Virus record (IMG/VR): IMGVR_UViG_3300048672_000430
Coordinates: 18,108-82,107 of that record
Strand: one strand, 5' to 3'
Origin: a virus
Length of the DNA: 64,000 nt
Numbering within the stretch: position 1 is the first letter of the stretch; the number at the start of each line of letters is the position of its first letter. The translations under genes were made by a program, and so were the position numbers. This document shows, piece after piece, positions 44,539 through 55,200 of the stretch. A model generated the notes under the pieces. The model saw only the letters and a list, made by a program, of their open reading frames with translations, was not told where the DNA came from and searched no databases.

Positions 44539-44948
44539 TCTTCTTTTTTATCCTTAATATTATCATTGGCCGAGCCAAGGATCTTAATCAAGCTACCAAA
44601 TAAATTTCTTTCTGATAAAACGTTTAAGTTCTCATATATACTGAGGGCTTCAACCGAACCTATTAGTCCACCAACTATACTAGTAATTGGTATTGTTCCG
44701 CCAATCAAGTATGTCTCGATTAAGAAACCAGTTAGTACTGCTGTTTGATAAATAAGGGCTTTACTTATCGTTCTTCTAGCTGCCGCACTATTGGGTTTTT
44801 CACCACGTTTTTTAGCCGCAAGGATTCCTGTAATTAAATCGACAAATATAACCACACCAACTGTAATAATTGTTGCTTTTATTGGAGCAAATACAGCAAT
44901 TACACTAACTAATAAAGGATGCAGATATTCGGCAATTAATTTTTTCAT
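44535..44948 (-). CDS. Holin (phage holin 4 family-like)
   Basis: TM segments, FVDLITGI, EALSIYENL. Confidence 0.75.
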   Translation of the reverse strand: MKKLIAEYLHPLLVSVIAVFAPIKATIITVGVVIFVDLITGILAAKKRGEKPNSAAARRTISKALIYQTAVLTGFLIETYLIGGTIPITSIVGGLIGSVEALSIYENLNVLSERNLFGSLIKILGSANDNIKDKKED

Positions 44949-44960
44949 TACATTGGTTTC

Positions 44961-47069
44961 CTATGGTTCTTCGGTTTGTATTTCATTCTCGTCTTTAACA
45001 AAAGCACGAGCCTTTGGATTTTGCATAATAGTAAATAATACTTGGTTTTTTCTATTTTGGTCTGGAAAGTTTAAAGCACTCTCTAAATCAACTCCATATC
45101 TACTTAATTCAGGAATTGATTTTAACTTCTGAGACAAGCTAAGAGTTGCTTCATGTGGGACATTATAGATACTATAAGCCACTTTACTAATAGGATTTGT
45201 TGGCGATTGTTGTATTTTTTTAGTCATCCCACCCATTCTACCAGCAAAATTTGCAGCACTTAACGATGTTGCTCTACCTGTTTCACCTAGCGGGGTAATT
45301 ATGCTACCAAAAGTCTTTAACACACCAGTTTGAGGATCTAAAGAATCTATAGAATTTCTAGCTACAGCATCATCTGAATTTGTTTTAATTTCATCTGCGA
45401 TATCTTGTGCTGTTCTAGCAAATGCAGAATCGTTCTCTGTAATTAATCCTTTTGCTAATCTATCTGCTTCTTGTTGTTCAAATGTTTTTAATCCTTTAAT
45501 CGTATTAACATAAGCTTCTCTAATTGGTTGCGTTGCAGATCCTTCTCTAGTTGTTCCTTGATTTAATCTTTTTAATTGAGTATATAATTTTATATCGTAA
45601 TTATTCATGTCGGCTACTCTCTTTCCTTCAACACCAACAGGGGTAGAACCAGCTATAATAGTTTCTGGAACTAAATGACGAAATTGATTAAATCTTTCAG
45701 CAGCAACACCATATTCAGGTATTGCAATTTTTAAAGTATTAGAGAACCTTTGTCTGGATTCTTTCAAGCTTGCTAGTATTCCTCTTTCCGCAGGAGTTAT
45801 GTTTGTTGCGGATTCGAATTTACCTATATACGAATCCATATAATCGATTAAATCTTTTGCTTCTGTTGGTGTGACAACTTTTCCGCCATTTGCTATTTTA
45901 CCAAATATTTGCCCAGCTCTAGGGTTAGAGGCTAGTTCTGGATACTTAGCTGCGATCGATGAAACCTGATTCAAAGTTTGTAATGTGTCTGGTTCTAAAT
46001 TAACAATTTTTCCATTAATTTCTGCCTTTTTCAAAGAATCACCAACATTCTTACCTATGCGTTTTTCAGCATCTTGTATCTCTTTGACTAGCTTTTCAGT
46101 ACGTTGGTTGTCTAATTGACTTAAATTAAAATTATTATTAACATCAGTATCTAATGTAAACTTTTGACCTTTTGGATTAATCCCTTTTTTACCATACTCA
46201 TATGAAACTTTCATTTGTCTAGCTAGTGGAGTGTCAGCAATAAAATCAGATAACGAACCTTTAATATTCTTAGATGCTTCTTTAGCTAATGGTTTAGCAA
46301 CTTCTGTTGCTACTTCTAAACCTGCCGATGTTAATCCACCAAACATTAAACCACCGACTGTATCTTCTAATAATTTTGATCTTTCTTGTTCATTTAATAA
46401 TCCGCCTTCTTTTGAAGAAAGAGCAGATTCTAAAGCTATACCAGGAGACGCTTTAGCGTAAGATTTCCCGCCCCTAATTCCTAACTCTAAAAGAGCCTTT
46501 AATTTTCCTTCATTTTTAGCAATTTCTGCTAAAGATTTTACATTAGCTGCTTTTTGTCCAACACCTAATAAACTACCAATAGCACTACCAGAAGTCATAC
46601 CTCCGGCAACTTGACCAGCTAAACTTAATACTGGAGATCTATCATTAGATTTCTCAAATTCTTTCTGTATTTCTTGTTGATTTTGTCTATAACGATCTGA
46701 TAACTCTGATGATTCTGGTAATCCTGCTAAATCGGAAGGGACACCGTTAAATATATCCCTTAAATAAGAAGCTGGACGTTCGGCAATAGCACTTATTGCT
46801 CCGCCTATTTCATCAGCAGCACCTATAGCATAACCTTGACCAATTGCTCTAGAAGCATCTAAAACTGAATCAGAAAGATAATTAGCTACTTTATTTGACG
46901 TGTCCGCACTAGGTAAATATTTTTCTGTTGTATTACCAATGTTTGTCATTATTCTATTTAATAAAGACGGTTGTTCAACATTAATAGGAGCATGATCCTC
47001 CGCCTGATCAAATAATTGAGAAGGAGTTAAGTCTTCAGCTTCCTCGAATAATTTTGTTGAATCGTCCAT
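44961..47069 (-). CDS. Probable internal virion / DNA ejection protein
   Basis: Helical, Gly/Ala-rich (GAADEIGG); follows the tail genes. Confidence 0.55.
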   Translation of the reverse strand: MDDSTKLFEEAEDLTPSQLFDQAEDHAPINVEQPSLLNRIMTNIGNTTEKYLPSADTSNKVANYLSDSVLDASRAIGQGYAIGAADEIGGAISAIAERPASYLRDIFNGVPSDLAGLPESSELSDRYRQNQQEIQKEFEKSNDRSPVLSLAGQVAGGMTSGSAIGSLLGVGQKAANVKSLAEIAKNEGKLKALLELGIRGGKSYAKASPGIALESALSSKEGGLLNEQERSKLLEDTVGGLMFGGLTSAGLEVATEVAKPLAKEASKNIKGSLSDFIADTPLARQMKVSYEYGKKGINPKGQKFTLDTDVNNNFNLSQLDNQRTEKLVKEIQDAEKRIGKNVGDSLKKAEINGKIVNLEPDTLQTLNQVSSIAAKYPELASNPRAGQIFGKIANGGKVVTPTEAKDLIDYMDSYIGKFESATNITPAERGILASLKESRQRFSNTLKIAIPEYGVAAERFNQFRHLVPETIIAGSTPVGVEGKRVADMNNYDIKLYTQLKRLNQGTTREGSATQPIREAYVNTIKGLKTFEQQEADRLAKGLITENDSAFARTAQDIADEIKTNSDDAVARNSIDSLDPQTGVLKTFGSIITPLGETGRATSLSAANFAGRMGGMTKKIQQSPTNPISKVAYSIYNVPHEATLSLSQKLKSIPELSRYGVDLESALNFPDQNRKNQVLFTIMQNPKARAFVKDENEIQTEEP

Positions 47070-48853
47070 TACTTAACCTCTTTATATCTAGGATTTTTTA
47101 GTATCGTGGTGCCTTCATCAGCCCTTACTGTTTTAACTCTGTTTGTTGCAGTATCTATGATTTTTATTGTACCACTAGATACAGTTGTTGAATTTGGTGT
47201 ATTTAGTACATTTGCTGCTTTTGCTTGATCTACAGGAATATCCGCAAATAAGCCTCTATTCAATGCTTCAGGATCAATGCCCTTTTCAACACCAGATGCT
47301 ATTGCATTTCTTTTTTGTTTAATGAAGTTCAATCTTTCTGCCTTAGCTGAAGCATCAATTAACTCAGCAAAAGCTGTTCTAGTTGCATCATCTAATAAAT
47401 CACCACCAGATATACGCTTAACTTCGGAATCTAACCTTCCTAGAATTGATCTAGCTTGCTTAGATAAACCAATCTCGCCTTCTCTAACCGCTGAGTTTTT
47501 ATCTAGACCCTTAATGAAGTTATATAGGATAGCAATATCGCCAGCACCCGGAGTTACTCCTGCAATATTTTGAGCTATAATATCTTTAGCTCTATTTGCG
47601 TTTGTTTCAGCTTGCTGTAGATTTTGATAATCTTTGTATAACATTTTGTTATAAGTATCTATGTGTTTATTAGTGAACTCGTTCTTTATTAAATCTTTTT
47701 TCTCTAATCTTCTTTCGTTCATCATATCACGTTGAAGAGCGGCTTGTTCTTTTCTTGCTGCAATATTTTCTTTAGCTGTAGCAAGATTACCTAAATTCAT
47801 GCCCATTTTTTCTAATTGTTCGGCAGTAATATTAGGGTTTTTAGCTAATAATTCAGGATATACTGATCCTAACATAGCTCTAGCTTGTTTAGAAATATCA
47901 CTAGCTGGATCTCTAAGAGCATTCTTTTCTTGAGTAGCTCTATCTTGTTCAATCATATCCATGTTAGTTTTTAATTGAGTTGTAAATTTATTCTTATCTT
48001 CTATTTGATTATCAGCATAACTAGTGTCGGCTTTCGATCCTGCCAAAGCTGAACCACCCATTTGTGCGGCTTTTAATAAACCAAATAACATTTGATTTTC
48101 TTTATCTTGATTACGAGCGGCCTCTAATTGACTTTCAAAATCGTTTTGTTTAGCTGTACTAGAAGGACTTGAAACAGTAGTATCTGGTTGCTCAGTTTTA
48201 GGAGCAGGAGTTCCACTTACACTCTTAGATTGTACTTTAGAACTTAATTTACTTTGTTCAGAAGTTTGAGGTAATGCTTGGTTATTTTTTTTAACAATCG
48301 CAGGTTGTTGGATTGATTCAAATTCTGAGTTTTCATTTCCACCCATGAATAATGGAGCAGCAGCGGCACCAATTAAACCAGCAGCACCTAACGCTTTTTG
48401 TTTAGCAGTTAAATCATCAATATGACCCATTAACCCTTTTTTTACCGGAGCATACTTAACAATTGTATCATCCGCAATACTAGGTAATGTAACATCAGTT
48501 GTTTGTATATCTGGTAGTAGATTTTGTGCCTTTTGAAGACTACCACTAGAATTAGGTATAACTTCTACAGTTGCTTCTGGTAATGTATTAGCTCTAATTG
48601 CCGGTACACCAGTTCCTTCGGGCACTAGAACACCTTCTGTAGTATATGGTTTTCCTTGTAATTTGAACCCTTGAGATTCAGCTAAAGAGTCTTGAACTAT
48701 GTGTTTTGGATATTTAACATCTTCAATAACTTCTTTTGCTACATTTGGCTTTGCTTTTGATCTTAATTTATTGAGTATCTCAATCGCATCATCACCATAT
48801 TTCGATACTAATTGTTGGTAAATATTTGCCATATTATCCTCTATATTTCGCAA
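47069..48853 (-). CDS. Probable internal virion / ejection protein
   Basis: Coiled coil; GDIAILYNFIKGLDKNSAVREGE motif. Confidence 0.55.
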   Translation of the reverse strand: MRNIEDNMANIYQQLVSKYGDDAIEILNKLRSKAKPNVAKEVIEDVKYPKHIVQDSLAESQGFKLQGKPYTTEGVLVPEGTGVPAIRANTLPEATVEVIPNSSGSLQKAQNLLPDIQTTDVTLPSIADDTIVKYAPVKKGLMGHIDDLTAKQKALGAAGLIGAAAAPLFMGGNENSEFESIQQPAIVKKNNQALPQTSEQSKLSSKVQSKSVSGTPAPKTEQPDTTVSSPSSTAKQNDFESQLEAARNQDKENQMLFGLLKAAQMGGSALAGSKADTSYADNQIEDKNKFTTQLKTNMDMIEQDRATQEKNALRDPASDISKQARAMLGSVYPELLAKNPNITAEQLEKMGMNLGNLATAKENIAARKEQAALQRDMMNERRLEKKDLIKNEFTNKHIDTYNKMLYKDYQNLQQAETNANRAKDIIAQNIAGVTPGAGDIAILYNFIKGLDKNSAVREGEIGLSKQARSILGRLDSEVKRISGGDLLDDATRTAFAELIDASAKAERLNFIKQKRNAIASGVEKGIDPEALNRGLFADIPVDQAKAANVLNTPNSTTVSSGTIKIIDTATNRVKTVRADEGTTILKNPRYKEVK

Positions 48854-49265
48854 TTAATCGTTTTAAAGCTTCTTTTTTGATATCTGGCTCGGCATTTTTA
48901 CGAGCAGGAGAAATATCTTTTATTATATCATGATTATCTAATTTTGTCAAGTTTTTTTCAACACTAGGTTCTTGTAATTGAGGCATTAACTTACGTGCAA
49001 TTGACGTAAAATTAGGTACTTCATCAACATCAAAACCGACGTGATTAATAAACTGTTCCATATCTTTATTTGTAAATAGTTTATTACTAATTACCTTCTC
49101 ACGATCTGGATTTTTTTTGAAATCTTTCTTGTGGTCACCTAACAATTGTTCTAACTGTTCGTCAACCGAATCAGACTCTTCATTTTCTAATTCATATTCA
49201 GAATTATCAGAAGACTCTTCGCTTCCGCTATTTTTAAGTATATTTAAAAAAGCTTGTGCGTCCAT
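48834..49265 (-). CDS. Hypothetical protein in the virion module
   Basis: Coupled ORF. Confidence 0.55.
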   Translation of the reverse strand: MDAQAFLNILKNSGSEESSDNSEYELENEESDSVDEQLEQLLGDHKKDFKKNPDREKVISNKLFTNKDMEQFINHVGFDVDEVPNFTSIARKLMPQLQEPSVEKNLTKLDNHDIIKDISPARKNAEPDIKKEALKRLIAKYRG

Positions 49266-50290
49266 TAAGCGTCACCCTGACCCATCTTAGGTACATAATC
49301 ATATATACTAGAAGCATCAGTAGCTGTTTTTACTTTTGGTTGATTTGATCCGTATGCCGCAAATCCTTGACCTATTGCATTTCCAAGATTTGAAAACATT
49401 GATGCCTTTTGATTAGCACCACTTTGTAATACTGATCCTTGATTATTTAAAGCATTAGCTTTAGCTGAAGCTAGATTTAAACTATCATTAAAATATTGAC
49501 GTTTAGCTTCTGTTTGTCTTTGTAATTCTTGATTACCTTGTGTAACATTCATTTCACTTAAACGTTGAGCATTTTGTAAATTAGCTTGTTGTGCATTATT
49601 TCTAGCATTAATATTTGCTTGTTGAGTAGCTCTTGAATTTTCATACAAGAATCTATTTCTATCATCGATAGCTTGGGCTCTAGTTTGAGCGATATTTAAA
49701 TCTTGTCCTCTAACATTCCCTGCTGCACTAAGTCTAGAATTAAGAGCTTGTAAAGCGTTTTGTGATGCTTGTGCTGCTAATCTATCAGATTGAGCAGATG
49801 CAGCATCTTCAGCAGCTTGACCAGCTTGTAATTGAGCTATAAGAGCATTACCAGAACCACCTTGTCCTTGTGCTTGCATTGATTGTAGTATTTGTTGACG
49901 TTTAGATTCTGCGTCTTGTTGTGTTTTTTGTCTAAGTTCGTTATAAGCTAATCTATCTTCAGGTCTTAAACCACCACGAGAAACTAGACCTAAAGTATTA
50001 ATTACTTCCATTTCTGCATTTCTTAAACTAGGATCTTCCTTAATTTGAGCTGTTTCAGATGACTGTAAATTAATATCTTGAACTAATTCAGGAGTTAAAA
50101 CTCCTTGTGATTGGTACTGACGAAGAATAATTTCTTTTGACATATCAGGTGGAACACCAACTGCGTTAAGTTGTGCTAACGCTGCGGCTGCTGCGGCTGC
50201 TGCGGCTTTTCTACCAGAAGAAGCTGAAACATTACCTAAGATACCACCGATAATTGGTGCGGCAACTGCCCCCATTGTAATTGGATTCAT
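49265..50290 (-). CDS. Probable ejection / pilot protein
   Basis: Hydrophobic Gly/Ala N-terminus, poly-Ala, Gln/Ala-rich helix. Confidence 0.55.
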   Translation of the reverse strand: MNPITMGAVAAPIIGGILGNVSASSGRKAAAAAAAAALAQLNAVGVPPDMSKEIILRQYQSQGVLTPELVQDINLQSSETAQIKEDPSLRNAEMEVINTLGLVSRGGLRPEDRLAYNELRQKTQQDAESKRQQILQSMQAQGQGGSGNALIAQLQAGQAAEDAASAQSDRLAAQASQNALQALNSRLSAAGNVRGQDLNIAQTRAQAIDDRNRFLYENSRATQQANINARNNAQQANLQNAQRLSEMNVTQGNQELQRQTEAKRQYFNDSLNLASAKANALNNQGSVLQSGANQKASMFSNLGNAIGQGFAAYGSNQPKVKTATDASSIYDYVPKMGQGDA

Positions 50291-50299
50291 TATAACTCC

Positions 50300-51784
50300 T
50301 TAATATCCTAACGATTTTTTAATTTGTTCTGCATCTAATGCTATTTTACCAGCTTCGTATTTATCATCAGCAGTTCTATATTTAGCTTCTGAAGCTGTTT
50401 TACCTAATAATCTTGTTAGATTTTCATAATTTTTACGAGCAGCATCTGATGCCACTCCTTGTTCTGTTAAATTTGTTGCACCCTGAGATTGTGACTGTAT
50501 AGAAGCTAATAAATTTTTATAAGCGTCAGCACCTTTACCTTCATATGCAGCTTTACCTAAAACACCAGCATTACTTAAGAAATCCTGATTTTTTTGATTA
50601 GTTGATGCACTTAATGGGTTTGTATAAAGTTTAGTAGCTAAATCGTTTAAGAATGGTCTACTAGCAAAGAATCCTGCTCCCAAAGTTTGATTATTTAAAC
50701 CTTTATTTAAAATATCACTACCTGAGAATCCATAATTACCATATTTATTTATTGTTAATCTAAGTGCCTCGTTTTCGGCAGCTTTTCTTATTTGTTGCTG
50801 TGAAGCATTTATTGCATTTTGTCTAGCAGCATTTTGATCAACTAGGTTTCCTTTACCAAATAATCCAGCCAATTGCCCCTCGTTAGCTATTCCTGCTAAA
50901 CCTTGACTAATTGTATCTAGTCTAGTATAATCATTAGTACTGATTGGTTGTCTAACCATTATTGGATTACCGTTCGCATCTTTTTTACCAGAATCAACTA
51001 ATTTACCATTAATTGTTTCATCTAATTGTTGCATTTTAGCTTGACGAGCTGTTTCTGCATCTTGAGCAGCTTTTAACTGACCTTGAACAGAAGTATCGAT
51101 GTTTCCTAAACCTTGATTTAATAATTCATTAGTTTGAATACCAAATTGTTTTGCTTGGTTTTTTAATAGTTCTGCTTGACCTTGAGCTGCCATATTTGCT
51201 TGACTTAATTGTTGTCCAAGACCAGAAGCTTGTCTAGCAACAGGTTGTAATTTAGATTTATCCATCAATAAACTGTCTAGTCTAGATTGACCAGAAGTAT
51301 ATCTATTTCCTCCAACTGAACGTCTCAATAACTCTTGAGTTCCAGCAGGATTAAAATTAGATACTTGTTGAGCTAAACCCGATGCTTGTTGTGAAATAGC
51401 AGAAGTATCTCCTAAATTTTGAGGCCCCTTATATTCACCAGATCTGTATGTTTGGAATTTATTAACGTCTTCATCTGTGATGTCGCCAGCTTGTTCAGTG
51501 CTATTTAATCTACCTAAAACAGCGGCTCTATCGCTTTCATTAAATTTACCAGATTCTTGTTGTGCTTGTTTATTAAACTGATCTTGTTGTTGCTTTAATT
51601 GATTTTGTACTCCACCAATTTGATTTTGTATATCGCCAGCAACCTTTTGTCCGAGTTGATTATCTTTATTCGCTTGGAATAAACGATTTAAATTAGTGTA
51701 TCCAGTCCCCTGTTGTTGACCTTGATTTTGACTAGCTTGACCAAAAAGCCTACTCATGTTATTGGAATTATTGTCGATAGCCAT
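50300..51784 (-). CDS. Probable ejection protein (Gln-rich)
   Basis: Gln/Gly/Ala-rich; own late motif upstream. Confidence 0.5.
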   Translation of the reverse strand: MAIDNNSNNMSRLFGQASQNQGQQQGTGYTNLNRLFQANKDNQLGQKVAGDIQNQIGGVQNQLKQQQDQFNKQAQQESGKFNESDRAAVLGRLNSTEQAGDITDEDVNKFQTYRSGEYKGPQNLGDTSAISQQASGLAQQVSNFNPAGTQELLRRSVGGNRYTSGQSRLDSLLMDKSKLQPVARQASGLGQQLSQANMAAQGQAELLKNQAKQFGIQTNELLNQGLGNIDTSVQGQLKAAQDAETARQAKMQQLDETINGKLVDSGKKDANGNPIMVRQPISTNDYTRLDTISQGLAGIANEGQLAGLFGKGNLVDQNAARQNAINASQQQIRKAAENEALRLTINKYGNYGFSGSDILNKGLNNQTLGAGFFASRPFLNDLATKLYTNPLSASTNQKNQDFLSNAGVLGKAAYEGKGADAYKNLLASIQSQSQGATNLTEQGVASDAARKNYENLTRLLGKTASEAKYRTADDKYEAGKIALDAEQIKKSLGY

Positions 51785-51809
51785 AGGTTCCCTCTAATTA
51801 ATTGCTATA

Positions 51810-51821
51810 TATAGTTGTTAA
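51810..51821 (-). promoter_or_regulatory. Late promoter motif TTAACAACTATA
   Basis: Exact copy, intergenic. Confidence 0.7.
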
Positions 51822-51826
51822 TATAC

Positions 51827-52237
51827 TTAATTATACGCTATAAAACGAATAATGTACCTATTATTTGGTATTAAACCGGTTATATTGTCTATAAACAAGG
51901 TATTACCATTCTGTGTATAAGAAATAAATGGACAGCTTGTAGGATAACCAGTAGCTGACGTTTTATTTGTCGTGGCAATAACTTGAGTACCTTTCACTAC
52001 GTTTGTTGTATTTAGTAATATAGATGTTCTTGTTGTTGGTACTCCGCTAGAATTTACTGTAACTTCTACGTCTTTTACTGTGGATAAGAAATTATCTTCA
52101 AATGTTAATTTGTTATTTAACGCAAAGTATAACCCGTCTATCCCATCATTTAAATTACGTCCTAATTTTTCAATCAATGGTTGATCTTTTTCATCAAAAT
52201 CGGTGCTTATTATTCTTTTAAAATTTGATAATTTCAT
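51827..52237 (-). CDS. Small virion / tail protein
   Basis: Coupled to the nozzle gene. Confidence 0.5.
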   Translation of the reverse strand: MKLSNFKRIISTDFDEKDQPLIEKLGRNLNDGIDGLYFALNNKLTFEDNFLSTVKDVEVTVNSSGVPTTRTSILLNTTNVVKGTQVIATTNKTSATGYPTSCPFISYTQNGNTLFIDNITGLIPNNRYIIRFIAYN

Positions 52238-55200
52238 TATCTATAAGCCCTTGTACTTTGTTGTGTTTCACCTGTAATTGTTGCACCTAGTAATCTATAG
52301 TCTTCTCTTGCAACATTATGTTGAAAGTTAACAACAATAAATCTACATCTTTGGCATTGTCTAGGTATAAATGTCCTAAATGGTGCAGAGTTTGACGATC
52401 CACCAAAGAAACCGCTACCAAAAGTATTATGTCCAAATATACCATTTCCGTCCATTGTAAACGGAACTGGAATAAGTTCTGGTAATAAGTCTGTACCAAA
52501 TGCCATTACAGCGTTTGTTATATTTCTTGTTTCTAACATTAATGTTGCTTCTCTTAAGTGTTTTAACATTAATGGATCACCCATAGTTATAGGTGCATAT
52601 GTTACAGAACTCTTAATTGATTTAAATATTGTGATTTCACCCACTAAAAAGTTTAAATCAACGTTTAATGTTAATTGTCTCTTAATTGGATCAACTTCAA
52701 TAATAATAGCTTCCATATCAGTAGTAAGGCTGTTTAATCTATAGTTATTAAACGATACTCCAGTGTCACTGTTTAATCTAGACACTATATCGTTATAGCA
52801 CACTCTGATGTCATTAAAGTTTTGTCCGTCTGTCTGCCAAGAACCAGCGTTTCCTGGAATCTTAACCGAAACAGGAATACTGAATCTATTTGCATCAATA
52901 ACTGTTACTTTATGAACACCATTAATATTAGGACTAGAATTAGATCCTGTTATTTCAATATATCTTCCAGTAATTAGATTGTGCCCAGTAGATGTTATTA
53001 TAGAAGGATTTGCTCCAGAAATATCTGTTATAGTACCAACATAGTCATCTATTCTTGCTTCAAAATCATTTACTGTTATATTAGCGTTCAGATCTAATTT
53101 TTTTGCTAATGCTAAAATTTTATTTCTAGGATTATCACCATTAACCATAGCTAATGTGTTATATGTCGGATCATTAATACCTGAATCACGACTTAATTTA
53201 TCCATGAAAGTATTAAAGTCAAAAATATTTACTGTTTGAGTTTGTAATAATACGTCACCCGGTTCATACCCAAGAATTGACGATAATTTAACTATATTAG
53301 GACTAACTAAAAAGTTATTACCAAAAGCCGAAGATAATTCTCTATCGGCATAATCAGTTCTATCAAATAGTTTACGTTCTTTTTCTAAGTAATTTGTGTC
53401 ACCCGCACCAAGATATAATACGTCATCAATAGGATTTACAATAGCACAAGTATTTGTTTTATCGTAAGTAGTCCAACTTTGTGTTAAAGTACTAAATCTG
53501 TATGCTTTTGTTGCAACTGTATCTTCAAAATTCTTAACAGTAAACACTAAATAAGAGTTATCAGATTCATATCCAACAGCTAAAGTTGCTGTTTTAAAGT
53601 GTAAATAATTTACTGATCCAAGTTTAAGTATTTGGTCGTCGATTGCTCTAGAAATAACCTGAGCCCCACCTTCTGTTAAACTTTGTATACCTTGTGTTGT
53701 CCAAGCAAATATAACATTATTAACAACAGTAACTGAATCTGGTGCAGTAACGTTAAAACTTGAATCAAACAAGTTTAATTGAAATGGTGCAGAATCACCA
53801 GAAATTCTATATAATCCATCTTCTTTAAATACGAATAATGAATCTCTAAGAGGAAAAATACGTAATATTGCCTTATCTTCTGCTCCAACATTAAAATAAT
53901 TTGTAGAAGGAACAGCTTCTGGTTGGTAGAGTTTAGAATAATACACTCTATTACTCTTAACCTCATTTTCAGATGTTATAGAATCAATAGACGAAATCAT
54001 AGAACCTGTCGTTCCTGCAACAGTAACCTCAACATCAATACTGAAAGTTGTAGGAGATATGTAAGTGATCTCGTAAATACCATCAATACTAGGAGTACTA
54101 TTTGTGCTACTTATTACAACAAAATCTAAATTTGTTAATCCGTGATTTGTAGATGTAGTAATAACGGTTTGTTGTGCAACAGATATATCGTTTATTAAAG
54201 CTGTTGGCGAAATTGCAGGATTAAAAGACAACCCAGTTGTTGAGTTATTAGCTAACATGAAAAATTCACTTTCTATCTGTAAATCACGGGCTTCTAATTG
54301 CATTTTACCAGGTACGTCAAATGCACCAGATAAGTAAAACCCGTAAATTGTTTCATTTGAATTTTGATTGATACATCGAATAAAGCTTCTTGCTGTCTCA
54401 TCAACCGCTATAGCAGGGGAAACGTTTGTACTTAATAATACTTGCTTATTTGCAATATTTTCACCACGACCTTGTGTTGTAACGGTTAATGTAAACCCAG
54501 TAGCTATTGTTCCATCTATAGGATCAGTAACTGCTCCGAAATTAACATTAGTTACTGTTACAGTATTTGTTAATGATGAACAAGTAAAGTCAGATAGATA
54601 TACAGAAAGTTTATCTTTAATCGCTGTAGCTATAGTATTTGCTGACGATCCAGTACTGAAGTTTACTTTCACATATGTATAATCAGTTCCTAAATTCGGT
54701 GCAGTAGCACTAGTTGTTTCAAGATATACACAGAACTTTTTACCGGTTGCTGCATATATTAAAAAATAAGCATTATTTAAAGAGTTTGCAACATCTGCGA
54801 CTGTTTGAACTGTTGTTATTTCTTGTAGTCCGGTAACAAATGTATATGTATTTGAACTAGCAGCAGTAGCTATAGTAATACTTGGTATATTACCTAAGTC
54901 GTAATCAGCAATCATACTTTGAACACCTAGTAAGTTAAATAACAAACTATGTTTAGTTCTAGTATTAGCGTAGAAAACAACATTTCTATATCTGTTGATA
55001 TCTGTAGCAAAAGGAGGTACTTCGTTAGATTGAGTTATCCCTTCACCTGTTGAATTATTTGTGTAGAGGTTTGCACCTTTAAAGTCGTCTGGAGTTATGT
55101 CAGTAACTACTACAGATCCAGCAGATAATTCTGCCGAAGTTGGATATGCTTCATAAACAAGCTGTAATTCATCATTAGGTGTAATATCACTTATTGAAAT